Assembly: GCA_964019335.1 (NCBI GenBank)
Contig: OZ025750.1
Coordinates: 248,001 to 312,000, forward strand
Length of the DNA stretch: 64,000 nucleotides
Source of the DNA: Diplonema japonicum
Taxonomy: Eukaryota; Protista; Euglenozoa: Diplonemea
Reading direction: 5' to 3'
The position numbers and the translations under genes are program-made. Shown here one piece after another: positions 1 to 9,770 of the stretch; within the stretch, counting starts at the first letter, position 1; each line of letters opens with the position of its first letter. The notes beneath the pieces are model-generated. The model searched no databases. It saw only the letters and a list, made by a program, of their open reading frames with translations, and was not told where the DNA came from.

Positions 1-2
1 TT

Positions 3-1448
3 GCCGACTCCCTCTCGAAGTTCGACCTCGCCCAGGCTGAGGCTGTCCTTGGGGACTCTGAGCTCCCCGAGCCCATGCACGACGCCTTCAGCAGGATCCT
101 CGACAACCTCCGCAGATACCGCCCCTACCTCCCTGAGGCCCTGTTCTCCGAGACAAGCAGATGTTCAGAGGACCGTTCGAGTATCCCCGCCCCCGGCCTC
201 GTAACGAAGCATGTGGCGATGGTGTTCACTGACATCCAGGGGTCGACGGCAACTTGGGAAGCGAGCCCCGATGGGATGAAGGAGGGGCTTCGGGTACACA
301 ACGATGTGATGCGGGAGTGTGCTGTGGCTTGGAACGGGTACGAGGTGAAGACGATCGGGGACGCCTTCATGGTCGCCTTCGAGCGGACCTGCGATGCTGT
401 GTCCTTCTCCTTGTCTGTTCAGGAAAGCCTTGTTGAGGCACCGTGGCCCGAAGAGCTTCTCCGTCTCGACCACTGTTCCTACAATGACGACGGCCCTTGG
501 TGCGGGCTCCGTGTTCGGATCGGTGTCCACTGTGGTGAGGTGGATGCACAGCTGAACTCCCTGACAGGTAGGTACGACTACTTCGGGAACACTGTGAACA
601 AGGCGGCTCGGATGGAAGGGGCGTGCATCGGTGGGGCTGTTGCGGTGACACCTGAAGTGATGGACGATCTTCAAGACCTGGACGCAGTGGTGATCCCAAT
701 GGGAATAACCGAGCTGAAGGGCTTCGAAGAGTCTATAAGCCCCTTCCTCCTCCTGCCAGCGGAACTGGAGGACCGCACCGCCTTCGTGGAGTCGCAGCTA
801 CTCTTGAGCAAGGACGACAGGAAGATCCTCATAAGGGACAGCATCATGACAAGCGCGTCCCTGCGGAACCTGGCATTCTTGAAGACGGTCCCCTCGGCTA
901 CTGTGTGCAAGGCGGAGGTGCAACTTGACACGGACGATGAGGGATCTGAGGTGACACACATTCTGAACGAGCTTCTTGCGAAGGTGACCCTTTGTGTGGA
1001 GCGAACGCACGGTGTGGTGATCTCCCTCCAGGGGAGCAGGGTGGCCCTTGGGTGGAACGCCTCGCGACCCTGCCGTTCCCATGTGGAGAGCGCGTTTGTT
1101 TTTGCAAGCTTGCTGCACCACTCATATGGACGCAAGGCTGAGTGTGTAGTCCTTGGGATATCCACCAGCCTTGTACACTATGGGGCATTGGGTGGCGAGA
1201 ACCAGAAGTTCATTGCGGTTGTGGGGAGCTGTCTTGGGGTGAGCGATGCCTTGTGCACGATGGGGATGCAGAGGGGGCTGTACTGCTTGTATGGGTCGTC
1301 GTCTTGTGGCGTTAGCTTGAGGATACCTGGAGTTCGAGTAGAGCGCCTTGCAGTTGAGAATTTTCGAAACGATGTTATTTTCCATGACCTGCAGGTCTGC
1401 AGGGTGCTAGTGAGCGGGTGTTCTAATATTGTGCAACCGGCACTCTGA
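3..1448 (+). CDS. Class III adenylate cyclase, 5'-truncated by the window edge (paralog AC1); catalytic domain followed by a degenerate cyclase-like domain
   Basis: Frame is open from nt 3 (ADSLSKFDLAQAE..., matching AC2). Motifs VFTDIQGST, YEVKTIGDAFM, LRVRIGVHCG and YDYFGNTVNKAARME carry the metal-binding Asp residues and the ATP-specifying Lys/Asp. Confidence 0.93.
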   Translation, partial: ADSLSKFDLAQAEAVLGDSELPEPMHDAFSRILDNLRRYRPYLPEALFSETSRCSEDRSSIPAPGLVTKHVAMVFTDIQGSTATWEASPDGMKEGLRVHNDVMRECAVAWNGYEVKTIGDAFMVAFERTCDAVSFSLSVQESLVEAPWPEELLRLDHCSYNDDGPWCGLRVRIGVHCGEVDAQLNSLTGRYDYFGNTVNKAARMEGACIGGAVAVTPEVMDDLQDLDAVVIPMGITELKGFEESISPFLLLPAELEDRTAFVESQLLLSKDDRKILIRDSIMTSASLRNLAFLKTVPSATVCKAEVQLDTDDEGSEVTHILNELLAKVTLCVERTHGVVISLQGSRVALGWNASRPCRSHVESAFVFASLLHHSYGRKAECVVLGISTSLVHYGALGGENQKFIAVVGSCLGVSDALCTMGMQRGLYCLYGSSSCGVSLRIPGVRVERLAVENFRNDVIFHDLQVCRVLVSGCSNIVQPAL

Positions 1449-2920
1449 TTTCTTTCCTTTGATTTTAGAAGGAAAAGAACCACCTGTTTTTTTTTTTTTT
1501 TTTTTCTTCTTTTTTTTTTTTTTTAGAAAACCTGTAGTTTTTTTTTTTTTTTTTTTATCTAAAAAAGAAAATGAAGAAAAGAGATGAGAACAAGGGCGTC
1601 TCATAATAAAGACTTCCTGTAACTCATATAAAGGGACCCCCGAATAATGTGTTTTCGCATCGTACTCATGTGTTGACAGCTTATCCAGTATTTGCTTTCT
1701 TTCATAGCCCGCAATGTCAATATTCCATTCCTGAGCAAGATCCCGAATCTATGCCAGACTTCCATGTCGATGATCCTTGCTCTATCTTTTTCCCTAAGGT
1801 CTTGACAAACGTGCCCAAATAAAGGGTTTGTTCGGGGCCCCCCCTTTTATATTTTTCTTCTTCTCTTCTTCTGTTTCTTTTTCTTTTTCTTTCCCACAAG
1901 AGTTTTATGTTTACCGCCAAAAATGAGCACAATCTTTATGATGAATAAAACGCTTGTCATCAAGAAAGAAAGAACACGTGGCAGCTCCATGCACAGCGAA
2001 TAATCTCTTTATTAAGAAGAACTTTTGTAACCATCGGCGCCCAAGCAAGAATAAAAGGCCCCACCGTTCTTTTTTTAGGCGATCCTGTCACATGCTGCAG
2101 GTCCCCTTGAAGGACTTCTTTTTAACTCATACCGATTGAGTTATGACTCATTAATTTGGTTTTGGTAAAAACGAAACATATCTTGCATTTATATTATATT
2201 TTCGTTGTTACTTTGTTATTCTTTGCGTATCCCCCCCCCCCCCCCCCCCCTTCTTTTTCAGGATAAAAAAAAAGAAAAAGAAGATTGGTATGGCCTATAC
2301 CATGCCTATGTCCCAATAATTCCCAACCCCTCACCCCGACGCCTTCAGGTATTCGGGATTCACTTTTACAGTTCCCTTCCCCCCCACCTACCGTTGCTAA
2401 ACCTACATGATGATGACATGTTAAAGTTAACTTGGAATAATAGAAAACTACCAGTTGTTTCTTCTTTTTTTCTTTCTTTCGGAGCTTCTTTTTTTCTTTT
2501 TTCAATTTTTTATTCAATGCCGTCCATGACGGACAGGCAAACCCCGACGGTCGGCTCCAGGATGCAACCGCAGAATGGTGACAGGCACGTGTAGGATCCC
2601 TGTCCACGGTGGGCACCAACCAGCGCACCGCAAAGATAAATCGACAGGGAGGATGGGGGTAATCTCTCGGCAGGGAAGGTGGGGATTTCTTCTGAGGTAG
2701 ATCAACATAAGCGAAGGGCAGCACAGTCAGGCTGCTGCGACACCAGCTTTGGGAGTGGTCGCATTGGAGGTGGCTAGCTGCGTGGGCGCGCCACCGCGGT
2801 GGGCCGTTGCTAACCACTTCCTATCATGGTGAATTTCTTTTTTTTTTTTTTTGTGAGCACCCCCACACTGAAATCGTATGAAGTTTTTCTTACATCAGGT
2901 TGAAAAAAAAAAAAAAAGAT

Positions 2921-5086
2921 ATGGAGAAGTACCCCCCTTTCCGTTGGGCCATGCGGCCTTGGGACACCCAGGAGGAAGTGTTTTACAAGAAGCTGGTTAC
3001 GGTGTGTGTACTATCGATATGCCTCGTCTTCCCGCTCGCCATCCTGCCCCGCATGAGCTCCAGTAACGTGTTGACACAGAGTACAGCCTACCCGTTTATA
3101 TTGACAGGATTGCTCATGTCCCCTGTTTTCGTTGATGGGGTATACAGGCCTTTGCTTGCTGAAGTCGGACTTTACTCGTTCTTGGTTAATGTGATTCTGG
3201 AGGACTATCTATTTACCCTTTTCCAGCAGAATGCCTACTGGCCTTGGGCTGTAATCATCATCGATGTTTGCCTTGTCCTTCGCTTGCCAAGCAGGGTAGC
3301 GAGGAACATCATCTGCTGCACCCTCATCTGGCTCACGTTACGCTACACTGAGACCGCCTTCCGCTTTGGCCTCTACGATGCATGGTACACACCTTCTCAG
3401 GGCGAGCGACGCGATATCTCTGATGATTTCAACAACTGCACCTCCCTTCCCTGCAAGAGGGACGTTTTGGTGTGCTTTTCCGACCTTGTCAACAACGGTC
3501 TTCTCTTCCTGCTTGACTTTTACTTCACAAGAGGCTTTGCTTCCAGCTTGAACAAAGAGAGGGACAAGATGGACAAGGTGATCAAAACAGCGGAGCACAT
3601 TGCCGACTCCCTCTCGAAGTTCGACCTCGCCCAGGCTGAGTCTGTCCTCAACACCTCTGAGCTCCCCGAGCCCATGCACGACGCCTTCAGCAGGATCCTC
3701 GACAACCTCCGCAGCTACCGCCCCTACCTCCCTGAGGCCCTGTTCTCGGAATTGACAATAACAAAAGAGTGCGAAGTCCCCGCCCCCGGCCTCATATCAC
3801 AGCGTGTGGCGATGGTGTTCACTGACATCCAGGGGTCGACGGCGACATGGGAGGCATGCCCCGATGGGATGAAGGAAGGGCTTCGGGTACACAACAAAGT
3901 AATGCGGGAGTGTGCTGTGGCTTGGAACGGGTACGAGGTGAAGACGATCGGGGACGCCTTCATGGTCGCCTTTGAGCACACCTGCGATGCTGTGTCCTTC
4001 TCCTTGTCTGTTCAGGAAAGCCTTGTTGAGGCAGTGTGGCCTGTGGGGCTTCTCCAGCTGGACCACTGTTCCTACAATGACGACGGCCCTTGGTGCGGGC
4101 TCCGTGTTCGGATCGGTGTCCACTGTGGTGAGGTGGATGCACAGCTGAACACCCTGACAGGTAGGTACGACTACTTCGGGAACACTGTGAACAAGGCGGC
4201 TCGGATGGAAGGGGCGTGCATCGGTGGGGCTGTTGCGGTGACACCTGAGGTGATGGAAGATCTTCAAGAAGGTGAATTGCTTTCAAAGCTAATTGTGATT
4301 TCAATGGGGCCAACGACACTAAAGGGAATAGAAGAGGTGATGGACCCAAAAGTACTGCTGCCCTCGACGCTAGAGGCCCGTACCGTCTTTGTCATGTCTC
4401 AGCTCCTTCTAAGCAAAGAGGACAGGAAGCTCGTAGTGACGGATGCATTAAGCATTAAGGGCAGCCTATCGAACAGCTCTCTGAGGTCATCTATACTAGT
4501 GCACAATTGCCTGAGGAAGGTGCTCTCGGCAACAGTGTGCAAGGCGGATATTGTTCTGCCTTTGGGGAATGGCCAGGAGGTAACTTCTTTGCTGAACGAG
4601 CTTCTTGCGAAAGTGACACTTTGTGTGGAGCGAACGCATGGTGTGGTGATCTCCCTCCAGGGGAGCAGGGTGGCCCTTGGGTGGAACGCCTCGCGACCCT
4701 GCCGTTCCCATGTGGAGAGCGCATTTGCCTTTTCAAGCATGCTTCGGCACTCTTACGGAGGTGACAGGAACCTTGTGCATCTAGGGTTGTCAGACAGTTT
4801 AGTTTTCCATGGCTCTGTGGGCAGTGATAGCTTGTTTGTAGCTGTTGTGGGGAGCTGTCTTGGGGTGAGCGATGCCCTGTGCACGATGGGGATGCAGAGG
4901 GGGCTGTACTGCTTGTATGGGTCGTCGACTGAGTATTCTGAAGCCTCTGGAGTGTCTCTTGAGCTTCTGGAACACAACTTGGACAGTAACACCAATGTGT
5001 ACATGGTGGCGACAGACGAAAGATGTGACAACACGAGATGGGCTAGTAGCCCCAGGAGAGCGAGGAGAAGCTTTGGCGACAACTGA
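2921..5086 (+). CDS. Multi-pass membrane class III adenylate cyclase (AC2)
   Basis: Likely ATG at 2921 after a T tract and catcag acceptor. About 5-6 hydrophobic N-terminal segments, a CxxLPC loop and FLLDFYFTRGF precede the full cyclase motif set and a degenerate second cyclase-like domain. Confidence 0.93.
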   Translation: MEKYPPFRWAMRPWDTQEEVFYKKLVTVCVLSICLVFPLAILPRMSSSNVLTQSTAYPFILTGLLMSPVFVDGVYRPLLAEVGLYSFLVNVILEDYLFTLFQQNAYWPWAVIIIDVCLVLRLPSRVARNIICCTLIWLTLRYTETAFRFGLYDAWYTPSQGERRDISDDFNNCTSLPCKRDVLVCFSDLVNNGLLFLLDFYFTRGFASSLNKERDKMDKVIKTAEHIADSLSKFDLAQAESVLNTSELPEPMHDAFSRILDNLRSYRPYLPEALFSELTITKECEVPAPGLISQRVAMVFTDIQGSTATWEACPDGMKEGLRVHNKVMRECAVAWNGYEVKTIGDAFMVAFEHTCDAVSFSLSVQESLVEAVWPVGLLQLDHCSYNDDGPWCGLRVRIGVHCGEVDAQLNTLTGRYDYFGNTVNKAARMEGACIGGAVAVTPEVMEDLQEGELLSKLIVISMGPTTLKGIEEVMDPKVLLPSTLEARTVFVMSQLLLSKEDRKLVVTDALSIKGSLSNSSLRSSILVHNCLRKVLSATVCKADIVLPLGNGQEVTSLLNELLAKVTLCVERTHGVVISLQGSRVALGWNASRPCRSHVESAFAFSSMLRHSYGGDRNLVHLGLSDSLVFHGSVGSDSLFVAVVGSCLGVSDALCTMGMQRGLYCLYGSSTEYSEASGVSLELLEHNLDSNTNVYMVATDERCDNTRWASSPRRARRSFGDN

Positions 5087-5240
5087 TGACAGCCGCTTCC
5101 GCGGTTGCGCACGTCTATTTTTTTGTTTTAAATTCTTTTTTTTTGGAGGTGGGCAAGGTGGAGGAGGCGTCAAGGCAAGGATGGCTGCAGTTTGTGCTGA
5201 CGTGTCCAGAAACCAGGTTTCTTTTGTGCAAGAACGAGTC

Positions 5241-5345
5241 TTGACTTGTCTAAACAAAAAGGGGAACGTTGGCAACGTGTTTCGGGTTGACATACTTCTC
5301 CAGGTTTTACCCAGCACGTACAAACAACGGCCACCGTTCCTCTTT
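5241..5345 (+). repeat. Dispersed repeat (family D); inverted copy at about 44035-44120 and a partial copy at 49421-49450
   Basis: ttggcaacgtgttt..cacgtacaaacaacggcc matches the reverse complement of ggccgttgtttgtacgtg..aaacacgttgccaa. Confidence 0.8.
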
Positions 5346-5450
5346 GGATCAATCTTTCTTTAGTCCTTCCGTTGTATAAAATCGTCTTTACCCCTTCATA
5401 TTTATTTGGACTTTCTCAGCTCGTGCCCGATCTTACCCCAGAACTTAGGA

Positions 5451-6392
5451 ATGAACCAACCTGTGACCCTCTATGTCACCCTGCCTTCCGGAACTACTGT
5501 TTGTGTAGAAGCAGAGAGCACAGAGACAGTCGCGTCGCTGAAAGAGAAAGTCGCCTCAACCGCCGACATTAAAACAAGCATCTTCGATCTGGAGCTGGAG
5601 GGGGAGTGTTTAGACAACCGGAGTTTCATGAAGGAATACCCCTTCGAAGCACGAACCACCTTGCAAGCCACAGTGAACAAGCGGCACTCAGCTTTAATGA
5701 AGCTAGAAGACCTGGGCTTCGCGTCGATCCAAGACGTGGTACAAGAACTGGAGGAGACGAACGAACCCCTCGACGATGAACGGTACCGGGGTGCCATTCA
5801 ATCACTGGCAGATGCCGACATGACGGAGGACCTTGCCTTGCTCAACACGGTACTGTGCATTGCTGCGACGGAAGGGCTGACAACATGCGCAGAGATGATT
5901 CTAAAACGCACCGATGTAGATGTAAACTCTTCTTACGGAAGAGTGAGAACACCCCTTCATCACGCTGCCGTATCTAACCATGCGGACATGATAAGCTTGT
6001 TGTTGACGCACGGCGCGAAAGTTGACGTGCATTGTGCTAACAATGAGTACCCTCTGCATCTGACAAGCTCTTCGCATGCAGCCGCGATGCTGTTGAGTCA
6101 CGGTGCCGATCCCAACGCCCTTGACTCCACAGGGAGCACGCCGCTCCATAATGCGGCTTTCAATGGCCACATTGGGGTGATGTCAGAGCTGCTCAGCCAC
6201 GGAGCGCACCCCAATACGAAAGAGGGCATGCAGGGCCAAACGGCGCTTCACGCCGCTGCTTACGGCGAAGAAGAAGCCGTGTCTCTTTTGCTACAACACG
6301 GAGCCGACACCACCGTGAAGGACGATCAGGGCAGGACACCCTTGTGCATTGCTACGGTGACAGGAGGAGGCATCGCAGACTTTTTTAAGTAA
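5451..6392 (+). CDS. Ubiquitin-like domain plus ankyrin-repeat protein
   Basis: N-terminal LYVTLPSGTTVCVEAESTETVASLKEKVA is Ubl-like. TPLHHAA, TPLHNAA, TALHAAA and LLxHGADPN are ankyrin motifs. ATG 5451 follows ctttctcag. Confidence 0.88.
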   Translation: MNQPVTLYVTLPSGTTVCVEAESTETVASLKEKVASTADIKTSIFDLELEGECLDNRSFMKEYPFEARTTLQATVNKRHSALMKLEDLGFASIQDVVQELEETNEPLDDERYRGAIQSLADADMTEDLALLNTVLCIAATEGLTTCAEMILKRTDVDVNSSYGRVRTPLHHAAVSNHADMISLLLTHGAKVDVHCANNEYPLHLTSSSHAAAMLLSHGADPNALDSTGSTPLHNAAFNGHIGVMSELLSHGAHPNTKEGMQGQTALHAAAYGEEEAVSLLLQHGADTTVKDDQGRTPLCIATVTGGGIADFFK

Positions 6393-6489
6393 AGAATCTT
6401 CGCCTTTTATTATACCATAGCCCACAAAAGGCGGTTGAGTATTATTTTATCTTTTCTTTTCCCGTTTGTTGATCATGCACAGAGCCAAC

Positions 6490-7566
6490 ATGTCGGTTTC
6501 GCTTCAGGTGGTGCTCCCATCGCAGGTGTGCTACATCGATGCTGGTGCTAATGAAACGATAAGAGATCTGAAGCTTCGGATTGCAAGCGAGACAGGCTTG
6601 GACGAGGGCTTGTTCCGCGTGACGTTTGAAGGCGACGCACTTGACGAAAGCATGGTGGTTCAAGAGTGCCCCTTCGACGACCAATGTGAGGTACATGTTG
6701 CAATGACTGACAATGCCGATGCACGACAGAGGCTGAGGGAGCTCGGGTGGGAGGACAAGCAAGTGGGTCACATTGTGACAGAGCTCAAGAAGGCTCAGCT
6801 GCAGGAGGAGGAGGTGTACCTCGAGATCTTCACCGCCATGTGGAACGCGGGGCTCATCAGCCAGGAAGAAAACATAGGGCCGCTACTTCTAATAGCCACA
6901 CGAAGAGGCCTGCTGAACCTTGTAGAGGCAATACTGTCCAACGGAGCCGCTGATGTCAACTACAAGCGTATAGTGGGAAACTACAAGTGCACTGCGTTGC
7001 ACGAAGCTTTGTACCACGGGGAAGAGGCCGTCATGCTACTTTTAAAATATGGTGCCGACCCCTCGATCCTGGACAGTGATGGGTACTCATCACTGCATCG
7101 TGCGATTAGCGGAGGGAAGCAAGCTCTCGTTCGTATGTTCCTCGAGGGCAACACTGACCCTAACAAGTGTGTGGGGGTTACTGGCATCACCACGCTGCAG
7201 CTGTGCGTTCGCGACCTCCCTGAGTATGTGGCGATCGCAGCTGATCTACTTGACTATAAGGCCGACCCGAACCTCCGTGACTACAAGAAGAGAGAGACCG
7301 CTCTTCACGTAGCCTGTTCTCAACCCATGGCCTACCTCCCTATGGTGCAGTTGCTTGTTGGTGTCGCTGACGTCAACATGGCCGACCGTTACGGCTGGAC
7401 TCCCCTGCACCGTGCCGTGTGCGGCCATTACTACGACATCGTAGAGCTCCTCTTGAAAAATGGTGCCGATAAGACCCTATGCATCTCCGACCAGGGGGTG
7501 TACGACGGGTTCACACCAGCGATGCTTGCAACCGGACCTCATTTCGCAACGCTGTTGTCGGATTAA
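6490..7566 (+). CDS. Ubiquitin-like domain plus ankyrin-repeat protein (divergent tandem paralog)
   Basis: LQVVLPSQVCYIDAGANETIRDLKLRIASETG is Ubl-like. TALHEA, SSLHRA, TALHVA and TPLHRA are ankyrin repeats. ATG 6490 follows cacag. Confidence 0.88.
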   Translation: MSVSLQVVLPSQVCYIDAGANETIRDLKLRIASETGLDEGLFRVTFEGDALDESMVVQECPFDDQCEVHVAMTDNADARQRLRELGWEDKQVGHIVTELKKAQLQEEEVYLEIFTAMWNAGLISQEENIGPLLLIATRRGLLNLVEAILSNGAADVNYKRIVGNYKCTALHEALYHGEEAVMLLLKYGADPSILDSDGYSSLHRAISGGKQALVRMFLEGNTDPNKCVGVTGITTLQLCVRDLPEYVAIAADLLDYKADPNLRDYKKRETALHVACSQPMAYLPMVQLLVGVADVNMADRYGWTPLHRAVCGHYYDIVELLLKNGADKTLCISDQGVYDGFTPAMLATGPHFATLLSD

Positions 7567-7951
7567 AGAAAGAAAAGAGTAAAATAATAAAAGGAATAGA
7601 AAATAAAACGCTTTGGAACTCGAGTTGGATACAGCCGAGTTGCAGCTGATGATGGCGGAGATTACTGGTAGCTTGCAACTCACCTTCGCACGGAAAAAGA
7701 CCATGACTTCAGCGTTCACCTGTGGAAGAACCGGTACTCGCTTCCCCGGCAACATCCTTGAGACACAGTTGTACAACTATTGTGTCCTTTCCAACTCGAT
7801 TGAGGGTTTTACACTTAAGGTACCGAGGAAGCCACACCAGAAAGGCGTAACCCCTTAAATGTCTCTTTTTTTTTCAAATATATTTTTCTTCTTTTTTTTT
7901 GCATTTCTTTTAAAGGTTTTCATACAAAAGGAACCGTGTGGGGAGGGTGGG

Positions 7952-9286
7952 ATGATCTTCAAAGAATGGGGCCGCAGACTCATGTCCCCTCTAAGCAAAC
8001 AACCGGACATAAGAACGGACGGCGGTGCCGAAGTTGAAGGCGAAGAGGACGAAGACAACATAACAGTAGGCGAACCCGAAGAAGTCGCCGAAGGCGTCGT
8101 TGTACGGCTAGAGGACACCGCAGGGATCGCAGACATCACAAGCATCGTGGAGAAGAAGCTCGACGCGTCTATGCTAGTGGGAGAGCCCATTGTCCTCGAA
8201 GAGTCTGTCAGAGTTACAATGGACGTCGATGAACCATCAGAACTAGGTCTGAAGGGACTTCCCATCGAACTTCACAATGCATTGGTAACATCGGGGTTCA
8301 GACGCGAGCAGGTGGAACCTTCCTTGGAAAGAATGTACGGGAAGTACATGGAAAAACATTTAGAAACATCCGTGTCAAATGCATCGTTCTCAGCTTGTAA
8401 GCAGAATGCCATTGTAGAATCATACCGCCGCGTGTCATTGGACGAAATGGTTGCGAAGGGAAACCCGAGAAAGATTCATTCAAATATATGCAAAATCGAC
8501 GCTGGTTCGCAGGGCGAGGTGTTCAAGGCAACAGATGTATCAGGTGCCGCGGTTGCCTTGAAGAAGATAACGATCAAGTCGGAATCCGACCTCCCGGTTC
8601 TTGAGAATGAGATCTCGCTTCTACACACGTGCAAACACCCGAATATCGTGGAGTACAAAGCTTGTTACAAAGAAGGGCAGAACATATGGATTTCGATGGA
8701 GCTGATGGACGGAGGCAAGCTGACAAACATTATACAAACGGGAAAGCGGCTCACTGAGCCCCAAGTGGCTTTCATCATGCGAGAGATTTTAAAAGGTGTT
8801 CGTTATCTTCACAAGGGCGGGGTTTTGCACCGTGACATCAAGTCCGATAATGTCCTGTTAAGCTCGAACGGCTCCATTAAATTAACCGATTTCGGGTTCA
8901 GCACTTTGGTATCAACTGGTAACGCAGCGAAACGCAGGACGTTGGTCGGGACTCCGTTCTGGATGGCACCTGAAGTGGTGGACAGCAAGCCATATGACTA
9001 TGCAGCTGATATATGGTCTTTAGGAATTTTAGGATTTGAGCTTTGTGATGGGCAGCCGCCTTACATAGACATGCACCCCATGAGGGCTATGAAGCTGACG
9101 TCCAAGCGTGACGCCCCGAAGTTAAAATCTCGCACAGAATGGTCGTTTGAGTGCATTACCTTCATGGAGAGCATGTTATCTAAGCAGCCCGCATCGCGTC
9201 CCACTGCGAAAGAGCTTCTGCAGCACCCGTTTTTGGTCAGGGCGGAAGGTACAGACGCTGGGTTTCTTAAAGAGCTTCTTGGTTGA
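7952..9286 (+). CDS. PAK/STE20-family Ser/Thr protein kinase
   Basis: DAGSQGEVFKA, VALKK, HRDIKSDN, DFG and GTPFWMAPE. The upstream GLPIELHNALVTSGF resembles the PAK autoinhibitory segment. Start placed at the first plausible ATG after the T-rich tract. Confidence 0.9.
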   Translation: MIFKEWGRRLMSPLSKQPDIRTDGGAEVEGEEDEDNITVGEPEEVAEGVVVRLEDTAGIADITSIVEKKLDASMLVGEPIVLEESVRVTMDVDEPSELGLKGLPIELHNALVTSGFRREQVEPSLERMYGKYMEKHLETSVSNASFSACKQNAIVESYRRVSLDEMVAKGNPRKIHSNICKIDAGSQGEVFKATDVSGAAVALKKITIKSESDLPVLENEISLLHTCKHPNIVEYKACYKEGQNIWISMELMDGGKLTNIIQTGKRLTEPQVAFIMREILKGVRYLHKGGVLHRDIKSDNVLLSSNGSIKLTDFGFSTLVSTGNAAKRRTLVGTPFWMAPEVVDSKPYDYAADIWSLGILGFELCDGQPPYIDMHPMRAMKLTSKRDAPKLKSRTEWSFECITFMESMLSKQPASRPTAKELLQHPFLVRAEGTDAGFLKELLG

Positions 9287-9580
9287 AATAAAATACAAAA
9301 TTCTTTTTTTTTTTTTTTTGTCTAGACGTGTGTTTTTTTTTTTTTTTTTTTTTTCCTATTTTTTTTTTTTGTTATGGTATGCTATGGTTTCAATAAAAAA
9401 ATAGCTATTTTTTTTTTTTTCTTTTGCCAACAACAAAAAAAAAAAAGAAATAAAATGAGTCATTTATTTAACTCGAGTTCCCCCGAATTCTTTTTTTTTT
9501 TTTTTTTTGCACGAGGGGGGCAAAAAGTAAGGGGGTAACGAGGTGGTTAAATAACGGCTCATTTGGCGGCAAGTAAGTCG

Positions 9581-9770
9581 TTTATTTCACACTCTTCGCC
9601 ATTTGTCTTCACTGCTTTCACTGCTGTTTTCTTTTTTCACACAGGTCAGCTTTTTAGGGATTCTCCTAAGGTACGACGTCGCATTTTAAGGGGAAGTAAA
9701 GCACTTATTTCCCACTTTTAAGGGGCCCGGAATGGCCTCAGGTGAAGAAAATGACGAAGAGTGAAATAAA
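9581..9770. mobile_element. MITE-like element with ~30-bp imperfect inverted ends
   Basis: tttatttcacactcttcgccatttgtcttcac versus gtgaagaaaatgacgaagagtgaaataaa. Confidence 0.55.

Noticed and set aside
2520-2830. GC-rich spacer islands (also 7610-7850, 21700-21880, 26710-26830 and 41640-41970)
   Set aside because: No second copy or recognisable motif in the window. They are probably element or gene remnants but cannot be called.
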